From contig CM120647.1 in assembly GCA_051362555.1 (NCBI GenBank), positions 992,001-1,056,000 on the forward strand: 64,000 bases of DNA, in the 5' to 3' direction. The DNA comes from Lingula anatina (taxonomy: Eukaryota; Animalia; Brachiopoda). The notes beneath the pieces were generated by a model. That model saw only the letters and a program-made list of their open reading frames with translations, was not told where the DNA came from and did not search any database. The translations under genes and the position numbers were made by a program. Position 1 is the first letter of the stretch, and each line of letters opens with the position of its first letter. Positions 12,901-24,900 of the stretch are shown here, piece by piece.

Positions 12901-15900
12901 ACATTTATATCATTGTCATAACTAACACAATGTGACATTAAATTCTGTCTCAACCAAAACCACTACCAAACCCAGCACCATGTTATACATCAGATAGTAA
13001 TCCAAGGTTAAAAGTCACAGTAAGCATATCTGCCCCTCTCCACTCCATTCTGCTTGGATGCTAAACACTCTGTTCTTCCGTGTTTCTGTTGCCAGCTGAC
13101 CAAATTAAACAGCCATCGGTTTTCTGTGCTCCTCGCAGTGAGTATTCCCTGCATGTGCATGCGTGTCTGCATGGTCGTAAAGCCAGTGGTTTATGTTTCA
13201 CTCCTAGTACGTTCAGTCATGGGAGACTGTTTACCACAGAACGGACTTAGACCCCATTCCCACAGACACCATTGGTCTGCATGGATCAACCCAACTTTGG
13301 GTACTCTCGCTAAGTGCAATCATTTTAACTGAAAGACACGCCTCTTTTTCTTTCTAATGTACTTGTATAATCACCAGATTTTCTGTATTTTACTTAATGC
13401 CAGATGGATGTGTGTCATTCAGTTCAGCTGATTGCACTTAGCAAGAGTCCCCGCAGAGTTGGGTGGATCCATGCAGACGGATGGTGTCTGTGGATGTAAG
13501 TCTAAAAGTAGAATTACGTACAGACTGGAAATTTAGCCTACTTTGATCCTAGATAAATTTGATAGTCCACTTAATGTAAGTATGTAAATATATTGATAAA
13601 AATTTATTTAATGTTTCAAGCCATTTCATATTCTCATTCAATGCCGAACTAACCACATTCTGTTCATCTAGATACTGATTTAGTTAAAGGTCAGAGTATC
13701 CTTTTATGAATTCCAAATTTTTAGTCTTTTATTGAAATTCAACTTTCTGTTGAACTTTTTTTAATGGAACATAATCTCAGCACTACTTTAAACCTCATTG
13801 TGAACAAACTTGCTTCATGATCAGCAATAGCTAAGGACAACACATCAACTGTGTATGTGCCTAAAACATTTTATGTATGTGATCCAAACATTGTGTTTCA
13901 TACACTAGTTTTCTGTGCCCAGACTGAGCTTTGTGCATCCAAGTTAGTATGCTCTGTTGTAAAGTTTTCATTTAAGAGCTAAGATTGTAGATGGCTGCGC
14001 ATGTGCATTGCATTCTCTGTCATGTGCATGCATGTGTGTCTTGACATCCTTCGGCTTATACATGTCCGCGTTCATACCAGGTTTATCTTAGGCCTTGTCT
14101 TGAAACATGCCAGATGATGTTCTGCTCAAAGTGAGATGTCATTATGCCATATCATTGCCTGTCACATGTTTTTATGTACAGACACAGATGTGTCTGTACA
14201 TATAGCCATCATCTGCGTCTGTCGTCACCGTCGCCGTCGTTGCCGTCGTCGCCGTGCACTTTTACCGATAACACGATAAGTGGAAAACTGTTTTTTCTTT
14301 TTGTTTGAAACTTACAGAACTGATGAATATTCATAATATGCACGTCAAGTTCGAAAATCAGCATGATCGGGTCACTTTTAGGGAATTTGTGCTGTTTTTT
14401 CACTTTTTTCAGCATATATGCAGCACCGATAACACGATAAGTGGAAAACCATTTTACCTTTTGGCTTGAAACTTACAGAACTGATGAATATTCGTAATAC
14501 GCAGGTCAAGTTCGAAAATCAGCATGATCGGGTCACTTTTAGGGAATTTGTGCTGTTTTTTATGTACAGACACAGATGTGTCTGTACATAAAAAACAGCA
14601 CAAATTCCCTAAAAGTGACCCGATCATGCTGACACAGATGTGTCTGTACATATAGCCATCATCTGCGTCTGTCGTCGCCGTCGTTGCCGTCGTCGCCGTG
14701 CACTTTTACCGATAACACGATAAGTGGAAAACTGTTTTTTATTTCAGCTTGAAACTTACAGAATTGATGAATATTTATAATATGCAGGTCAAGTTCGAAA
14801 ATCAGCATGATTGGGTCACTTGTAGGGAAGTTATGCTGTTTTTTCACTTTTTTCAGCATATATGCAGCACCGATAACACGATAAGTGGAAAACCATTTTA
14901 CCTTTTGGTTTGAAACTTACAATACTGATGAATATTCATAATACGCAGGTCAAGTTCGAAAATCAGCATGATCGGGCCATTTTTTGGGAAGTTATGCTGT
15001 TTTTTCACTTTTTTCATCATATATGCAGCACCGATAACACGATAAGTGGAAAACCATTTCACCTTTTGGCTTGAAACTTACAGAACTGATGAATATTCAT
15101 AATACGCAGGTCAAGTTTGAAAATCAGCATGATCGGGTCACTTGTAGGGAAGTTATGCTGTTTTTTTCACTTTTTTCAGCATATATGCAGCACCGATAAC
15201 ACGATAAGTGGAAAACCCTTTTACCTTTTAGCTTGAAACTTACAGAACTGATGAATATTCATAATACGCAGGTCAAGTTCGAAAATCAGCATGATTGGGC
15301 CATTTTTAGGGAATTTATGCTGTTTTTTTCACTTTTTTCAATATAAATGCAACACTGATAACACAATATAAGAAAAACGGATTGGCCAATTGTCATTATA
15401 CTCACAAAAGTTGTCAATCTTACTAAAACGCAGGTTGAGTTCAAAAATCAGCATAAGCGGGCCATTATTTTAGAAGTTATACTGTTTTTTCACATTTCCT
15501 CAGATTCAATTATTAGGCATGTTAACAGTCTCATTATTGAACTAATAAGATGCGTAAAAGTGTTTGTTATGTACAGACACAGATGTGTCTGTACATATAG
15601 CCATCATCTGCGTCTGTCGTCGCCGTCGTCGCCGTCGTGCACTTTTACCGATAACACGATAAGTGGAAAACCATTTTGCCTTTTGATTTGAAACTTGCAG
15701 AACTGATGAATATTCATAATACGCAGGTCAAGTTCGAAAATCAGCATGATCGGGTCACTCTTAGGGAATTTATGCTGTTTTTTCACTTTTTTCAACATAT
15801 ATGCAGCACCGATAACACGATAAGTGGAAAACCATTTTACCTTTTGACTTGAAACTTACAGAACTGATGAATATTCATAATACGCAGGTCAAGTTCGAAA

Positions 15901-18900
15901 ATCAGCATGATCGGGTCACTTTTAGGGAATTTATGCAGTTTTTTCACTTTTTTCAGCATATATGCAGCACCGATAACACGATAAGTGGAAAACCATTTTA
16001 CCTTTTGACTTGAAACTTACAGAACTGATGAATATTCATAATACGCAGGTCAAGTTCGAAAATCAGCATGATCGGGTCACTTTTAGGGAATTTATGCTGT
16101 TTTTTCACTTTTTTCAGCATATATGCAGCACCGATAACACGATAAGTGGATAACCATTTTACCTTTGGACTTGAAACTTACAGAACTGATGAATATTCAT
16201 AATACGCAGGTCAAGTTCGAAAATCAGCATGATTGGGCTATTTTGAGGGAATTTATGCTGTTTTTTCACTATTTTCAATATAAATGCAACACTGATAACA
16301 CAATATAAGAAAAACGGATTGGCCAATTGTAATTATACTCACAGGAGTGGTCAATCCTACTAAAAAGCAGGTTGAGTTCGAAAATCAGCATAATCGGGCC
16401 ATTATTTTAGAAGTTATACTGTTTTTTTCACATTTCCTCAGATTCAATTCTTAAGCATGTTAACAGTCTCATTATTTAACTAATAAGATGCCTAAAAGTG
16501 TTTGTTTGATATTTCCTGCATCTTTACAACATTGTTAGTTGATTATGTAAAAAACATGGTAAACTTGTTATCATGTATTGTGTAATAAAGTGTCAAAAAT
16601 GGAAATAAACTCATATCATTGCAGTTTGTCAGATTCAATCATCCACTATGTTCAGAATCTCAGAATGGAGGAAATTGGACATTTAACACTGTTCTATTGA
16701 TACTTTTCCCATTTCATCAATTTTTTTAGTTGGTCATATAAAAATGGCAGTAAAATGTTTATTTTGTTTTATGTTAAAAAAGTGTTAAAAATGGAAATAA
16801 ACCCATTTCAGAACAGTACTGTCTTGTTCAGCATATATGCAACACCGTAAACCCGATAAGTGAAAAACTGTATTACATTTTGGCTTGAAACTTACAGTAC
16901 TGATGAATATTCATAATACGCCGGTTAAGTTCGAAAATCAGCATGATCGGGTAATTTTTAGGGAAGTTATGCTTTTTTTTTCACTTTTTTCAGCATATAT
17001 GCAACACCGTAAACACGATAAGTGAAAAACTGTGTTACATTTTGGTTTGAAACTTACAGAACTGATGAATATTCATAATTTGCCGGTCAAGTTCGAAAAT
17101 CAGCATGATCGGGTAATTTTTAGGGAAGTTATGCTTTTTTTCACTTTTTTCAGCATATATGCAACACCGTAAACACAATATAAGAAAAACAGATTGGCCA
17201 ATTGTCATTGTACTCACAGGAGTGGTCAATCTTGCTAAAATGCAGGTTGAGTTCAAAAATCAGTATAATCGGGCCATTATTTTAGGAGTTATGCTGTTTT
17301 TTCACAATTCCACAGATTCAATTCTTAGGCATGTTAACAGTCTCATAATTGAACTAATAAGAAATGTAAAAGTGTTTGTTTGATATTTCCTGCATCTTTA
17401 CAACATTTTTAGCTGATTATGTAAAAATGATGGTAAACTTGTTATCGTGTATTGTGTAATAAAGTGTCAAAAATGGAAATAATCTCATATCATTGCAGTT
17501 TGTCAGATGCATTCATCCACTATGTTCAGAATCTCAGAATGGAAGAAGTTGGACATTTAACACTGTTCTATTGATACTTTTCCCATCTCATCAATTTTCT
17601 TCATTGGTCATATAAAAATGGCAGTAAACTGTTTATTTTGTTTTATGTTAAAATAGTGTTAAAAATGGAAATAAACCCATTTCAGAACAGTGCTGTCTTG
17701 TTTACATTTTGGCATTTTCAATATGTGACTTTAAAGTTCCATGGGCCTGAAGACTTTTGCTAGTCACATTTTCTGAATAACCATGATACTAATATTTTAT
17801 AATTAAAAATTGATGGTCATTATGCTGCAAAACATTATGTAATGTTGCATCAAAATTTGAAGAAACCCCTATTTTGGGCACTGCTCCCATGATGACCATT
17901 TAAGGAAAATCATGTCAATTACTGTTCTCAAACTTACAGGAAAGAAACATGGGTCTAAAATACAGCTTCAGTAGACAATGCAGTCTGTTTGGTAAATTTT
18001 TCTGGCAATTAAACAGTTTTTTGTGAAAATTTAATTTTTTACTTATTGGCATTTCCAAGGTGTGACTTAGAACCTCCACGGGCTTGAAGGCCCATGCTAG
18101 TCACATTTTCTTAAAATCCATGACAGGTAGTGCATCTTTATTTTCTGGTTTTTGTCTGTACATTTGACAGCTTTGCTGCCTTGTTTGTCGTTTTCTGTTG
18201 TGTGACCCTCGGTCGTTACTGCTGAATGCAGTCTTGTGGAGCCAGCATGGTTCTGTGTTTCTCTTTGTAAATAAACAAAATGCGCATGAGCGTAAATAAG
18301 CTCTGGAGATTGTTGTCGCCATAAAATGTTGTTTAACTACGCCAAACATTTCTTTTTCACTTGATACAAAATAAATAAAAATTGTTAGTACACTGTATCT
18401 CATGTACCCAGCTCTGTAGTATTTATATTGTAAGGTTTATTTGGGTTCAAATCTGAGTGACTGTGGAAGTGTTCTATTCCCACGTACTTGAATGAAGTCA
18501 TCATCAAAAGATGTGTTGGCATTCATAAGGTGTGTGAAAGTTATCTTCCAGAGTTTCTCAGCGGAAAGTGAAATAGCTACATGTGAAAGATTGTTATTTT
18601 GACTGGCAATTTGTTATAAATATCTGATTGAAATTGAAAGACACCTTTTGATTTGGAACTAAAGATGGCAGTTGAGTTCCCCTGCGAAAATTTGTCTCAT
18701 TTAATGCTCACTTACAGTTCTCAATCTGTCGTAGAATACAGTTTTTTCTATTTTAATGAAAGATGTTCTTAACCTGCTCTAGGACATTCTGAAGGACTTC
18801 CCAAAAACAGTTCTCGAGCTGTTACATTCATTACAGAACAACATAAGAATTGTAAAAAAAAAGTACTCCAAATGTTCTAAATTAGATTGAGAACCGTAAG

Positions 18901-21900
18901 TGAACATAAAATGAGACCAATTTTCTCAGGGGTTGTTCGTTGGCACAAGCATTACTTGCTGATATTTATTAAGATGTGAATTATTTCTTGTTTCACCTCC
19001 AGCCTGTCCTGGGCAGCACCCATCCTACCCACGCCCTACCCCAGATCCTGGGGAACAAGACCCTGGGGACAGAGAAGAAGGGCCACTTACTAAAGAAGAG
19101 CGAGGGGAGAATGAGGAAAGTTTGGCAGAGGCGGAGGGTGGCCATACAGAGTGGGATCATGTCCGTCAGCCACTCAGATGTGAGTATTTTGGTCAGGTGA
19201 CATTTCTTCAGCCAATCAGGTATTAGCATTGTGTAATGTGGTGTTGTATAAAGGGATTAATGTGTGGTCATAAGCAGGTATTTGGGATGCTTGCTGGCCA
19301 AGAAGATTTCAGGAATAATGTACAACCTTGCAGGAAATTGCGATTAGAATTTGGCCGTAATTTGTAGCACAGTCAAGAACAGCTCATTAATTAATCCCAG
19401 AGAGGATTTTCTATGTCCGAAGGCCAAATATGAATAAAGTGCCTAGAAATGGGATTTATTTAAACTTCATGCAGTCACAACTTAACTTATCTATATGTTT
19501 GATATGTTTTTCTCTCTTCTCCCCAGGAAAGTAAAGACCCTGTGCGGCTGAACTTGCTCACGTGTCAGGCTAAATTGGTGCTCGATGATCCGACCAAGAA
19601 GTGCTTTGATCTCATCTCCAGTTCAAGTGAGTATGGAGACAATATTCTTGACTTGGTGTTCTTTATTTGAATAGCCTAGGGCATACAGTGGTTTTGAGAC
19701 GGGTACTTTCTTTACATACAAGAAAAAAATTACTTAACTTTCAAGAAAAAAGATGTAGTTACTGACTCTGTCTATGATAAAAATTTATTATAATTCTTGA
19801 AAAAAGTCCATGTTTTACTGTTAATGAATTCTATACAGTAATAGATTGTTTTGTTTTAAGAAGTGTAAGGACAATTGCAAAACCTCATTTAAGGGTTAGA
19901 AAAAAGAAATAAAGAATATTTACACTTCCTGCATGTATGCCGTAGTTTACTGTAGAGTAGATTTAAGCAAAATGCAAAACACCTTGGTATTTGTGTACAG
20001 AAATATGCACTTGTTTTTATTGCAGATAACAGAACTTACCATTTCCAGGCAGAAGACACGGCAGACATGGAGGAGTAAGTGCTTTTTTCCTCCTGTCGAA
20101 ATCTTCCCAAGAGAACAAATACACCAAGCAAACTGTTTCCTGCAGAGAACTAGATCAATTATTTCATAAGAGCAAAAAAACAAGAACTACACTTGATTTC
20201 ACAGTTCCCGATCAGTCAGAGCAATCCCACAATATCAGTTTTGAATTTGGCCTAATCAGTTTTATATTTCCCCATTTTTTTAAATACAATATTAAAGAGT
20301 TTGGTTTAAAATTACATGATGAAAAAGCAACACTGACAGCTGAATAACTTTGAAGGATGAATTAAAAAAAAAAACAATAAAAATGAACCCTTGGGCGACA
20401 GGGCTTTCAGAAATACAGTAATCACCTGTCCGAAGTCAAACAAACTGGTGTTGTTGTGTATTTCAACATGTTCTTTCTTCATCTTCCTACAGGTGGATAG
20501 CCGTCCTGAACAATGCCAAGGAGGAAATTCTCATGAAGGCGTTCGGGGACTCCACCGGGTCCGGGCACCTGCGCGAACTGACTCGCTCCATTATAGACCA
20601 GATACGTCGTCTGCCGGGAAACGCATACTGCTGTGATTGCGGCGCTGAAGGTCAGTAGGTGTTATTACTACTGACACCTGTAAGAGTGCAAACAGAACAG
20701 CCAATTAACAGATCCGTGGATCAAATATGGCCGACCCACTTGAATGCTAGTCGCGTAATCCCCGCGGGGAATCTATTCAGTGTACAACCAGGAATTAAGT
20801 GGCAAGCTTTTTAGTGGGTCGCCATATTTAATCCACGGATCTGTGAGTCCGCTGTTCTGAATATATGGTCTAATATGATACACAGGTCACAGAGATGGAT
20901 TATTTCTATGAACTGTATAGGTGAAGATAACAGTGTTAAGAATATTAAAAAAGTAAATAAACGTGTTTATGCCAGAGAGTCTCTCCAGTATTTTGGGCAG
21001 TTCAGAATGATTTAGTACCAGCTAGGTAGTACACGCTAATTCTGTGGGAACTCTTGCTTAAGGCAGTCAAATTACTGGACTTACACATCTTGGTTTTTCT
21101 AACATAAAAATGATTCCTTTAATATTATAGATATCAGTGCTAGTTATTTTCAGTATTGTTATTAATGATATTCTGATAATTTCCAGACCCAGAATGGCTG
21201 TCCACTAACCTGGGGATCCTGATATGTATTGACTGTTGTGGTATACACAGGGACCTTGGTGTCCACATCTCCAGGACGCAGTCTTTAGTCATAGATGAGA
21301 TTGGGACATCACAGTTACTGGTGGGTTGAATTATCTGGTAGCAGTGTGTAAGATGTGAGTGTGTCAGTGGTTGAAGCAGGGGTCACGTCTGGCATTGGAG
21401 AAATGGTACGTTTGCTAGCTTTGAACACTTATACAGCAGCCAGGCTGTATCCTCCTCAGGGAGGCAAGAGCAACAACTTTTGGTATGCAACAAGGCCAAA
21501 ATGACCAGGCTTCCTTTGATTTGTGAATTTATGCTTGTATGTGACCATGACATGACTTTGAAGAACTTTCTTCCTCACATTGTGACTCTATTTCAGCTTG
21601 CACGGGTGGTTAGCAATAGAAGTTTCAACGACATCATGGAGGCCACATTAGATACAAGTTATAAGCCTACTTCAACAAGCACAATGTAAGTGCATCTGTA
21701 TGAAATTTAAAATTAAGTTTTTCTGGATTTATCCAAATATATAGGTGCTGTAGTGCTGGTCCATCCCCCCCCGACCGTATGCATAGTCTCAGTAGCCCTG
21801 CACACCTTGGTGTGTAATATCCCTGAAAGTTTTTTTTCAGAGGTTCTATTTTATCTCTCTGTACTTTAGAATCCTTTCTAAAAGAAAATGTTATGGAATT

Positions 21901-24900
21901 TCATAATGTAAATGTAGTATGGATTCTGTCTGCTAAAACATTATTAAAATAACTAAATGATCGTTTCAGTTATTTTTTTCTTAGATACTGAGGCTGTGAT
22001 AGGTTTTTTCTCACAACAAATGCAGTTTCAAAACTATCTTTAAAAGCATTCATTTTAACAATTTAGCAAAAATATGAAAGGAGTATGGCTTAACAATATG
22101 TTAATCTTTTTGTATCAAAAGGGAGGAGAGGAAGGAATTTATCCGTGCCAAATACGAGCGCCACCGCTACGCCATCAAGACGTGTTTGACGATGGAGGAC
22201 CTAAAGCTGGACTTGAAACAGGCAGTGCTCAGTGCTGACATCTATGGGCTGTTACAGGTGTACGCGGAGGGGCAGGATCTGATGGCGGTTTTACCAGATA
22301 CTGTGAGTATTATTTTGTAGTTTCCTGTTCATGACTGTTTATGAATACAACACCTTGTTTGCTGGTGATTGAAATTTGAATTGATGTAGACACTGGTTGC
22401 TACACAAAATATGCAGAAAGGAGATAATTTTTTCAAAAGCCTGTCTTAAAAGAAATATGATTTTTAAGATTAACCAATGTTAGGTTTTTGTTTGTTTGCA
22501 TTGTTTTAAACTGCTCAGGTTATTGGGACTTTCTATGTAGTGCATGATTAAATAATCTGAGTATATGTTTCATAACAGAATGTTATTGACAAGTTGTATT
22601 AAAATGTGATGGCATAGTGACACTGAGTACATCGAGGCTGGGGACCACTTTAACAGTAATGTGTGTGTATATGTCTATGTATGGCCTGTCATTGGTGAAA
22701 ATATTGCAGTGACTGAGACGTATTACCTCCTTTATTCTATCATTTTAGGAAGATGAAGAGACTGCTCTCCATTTAGCAGTGAAACAGACAGATGGAATGT
22801 CACTATATATTACCTCTTTTATTATATTGTTTTAGGAAGATGAAGAGACTGCTCTCCATTTAGCAGTAAAACAGACAGATGGAATGTCACTACATATTGC
22901 AGACTTTGTCATCCAGAATACCAACAAGTAAAGTATAGCTGTATAGATGGGAATATAGAACCAGAAGCTGATCAAAATTGAGATTTTTAATGATCATAGT
23001 AAAGATAATGAATATTTAGAATTCTGTGTGACAACCTTGACTACTAGGGTAAAAGTGCATCAGAATTTCCCCAAAAATTCAAACACTTTCCAATCAATTT
23101 CTCTCTTTGTATGGGCTAAATTTTTGGTATAGATTTAAAGCTATTCTGATGGACTGAACATTGTTTCCCACTTAATTCTGATCCATGTATAGATTTATAC
23201 AATTTACAGTTAAATTATTAATAAATGTTAAGTGATTGTAAGAATACACATTTACACTATTTTACATTTTTTCAGTCGTAATTTAGACATGGCCACCAGG
23301 GATGGGTATACAGCCCTCCATTACTGCGCCCAGGCAAACAGAACCGAGGAGATGAAGTTACTGTTGCGAGCATGCCCCGCCCTGGCATCTGTGGAAACCA
23401 AAGATGGCCGCACTGCGATGGACATTGCACGGGAGGAGAACAATGAGCACTGTATAGACTTGGTAAGATGTAGTGGAAGAACGCGGTAGAGGGGGGGGGG
23501 GGGGGGGGGGGCTTCTGCAGTCTGTTTCCATTGGAGATAAGCCAGACTAGCTCAATTTTAAGGCCTGTTACCAGTGTAGATGTGCTGGCCTATCTTAATT
23601 TTAAGTCCTGTTTCCAGTGAAGATGTGCCAGCCTAACTTAATTTTAAGGCCTGTTTCCAGTGAAGATGTGACAGCCTCAGTTAATTTTATGGCTTGTTTC
23701 CAATGGAGATATGCCAGCTTCACTTAATACATAAAGTCTCATTAGACAATCTGATTTCAGTTAATTAATGTTAAATAACAGTGACCATGGGGAGTGGGGG
23801 ATGGGGGGGAGAGAGGAGGAAAGGTGGGTAAGGGTGACAACAGAGAATATCTATCCCAGTCCAGTATTGACATTGTCTGGTTACAGCTGAAGCATGCCCT
23901 GGAGGGGAAGACCAAGCTGTTTGAGAATGTGAACATTGACTGGGACCTGGTCAGCTCTGATGAGAACACACTGGACACTGTGGACTACAGTGATGATGAG
24001 CTGGAAGACAGAGTAAGTCAACATGAGTGTGTTAGGTGTGACAGTGAGTGTGTTAGGTGTGACAGTGAGTGTGTTAGGTGTGACAGTGAGAATGTAAGGT
24101 GTGACAGTGAGTGTGTTGGGTGTGACAGTGAGTGTGTTGGGTGTGATAGTGAGTGTGCTGGGTGTGACAGTGAGTGTGTTAGGTGTGACAGTGAGTGTGT
24201 TGGGTGTGACAGTGAGTGTGTTGGGTATGACAGTGAGTGTGTTGGGTATGACAGTGAGTGTGTTAGGTGTGACAGTGAGTGTGTTGGGTATGACAGTGAG
24301 TGTGTTGGGTATGACAGTGAGTGTGTTGGGTGTGACAGTGAGTGTGTTAGGTGTGACAGTGAGTGTGTTGGGTGTGACAGTGAGTGTGTTGGGTATGACA
24401 GTGAGTGTGTTAGGTGTGACAGTGAGTGTGTTAGATGTGACAGTGAGTTTGTTGGGTGTGATGGCAAACTTGCACCCCATTTCCATAGATTTTTAGATCG
24501 ATCTATCCCTGTGGGGAGTTTCACTAGATTACTGTCAGCTTAAGCGTCTGTCCCGCCTACTAAAAGCTGTAAGGGGGTAATTAACTATGGTGCCCGCTCG
24601 GCTGACTGCAATTTAGCATGAACCCCCAGGGAGTTAGGTCGATCTAAATCTTAATCTCTAGATCGATCTAAATCTCTGGGAAAGCACCCTTGGACAACAG
24701 AGTAAGTCACAGGTACTAGCCGGATTGGAGATGTTAGTGTGTTAGGTGTGTCAGTGTGTTAGATGTGATAACGAGCTGGAGGACAGCATTTATGTCAATA
24801 GTTTGGGTTTCTTCAAATCAAGAAAATTCCTTTGTAGTTTATTACAGAAGTAATAGAAGTTTTGCTGTTGAAATCCGGAGACAGGTACAAAATTTCATCT

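Noticed and set aside
14209-17383. Family of short [16 protein letters not shown] ORFs
   Set aside because: Translations of the approximately 140-bp transposon repeat unit; no coding hallmarks
18232-18270. Second candidate ASAP microexon after a pyrimidine tract (tgcag|tcttgtggagccagcatg)
   Set aside because: The only frame-preserving donor (gttctg) is weak and the better donor breaks frame
23881-24524. Antifreeze- or mucin-like repeat ORFs on both strands
   Set aside because: By-products of a stop-poor 21-bp minisatellite inside an ASAP intron
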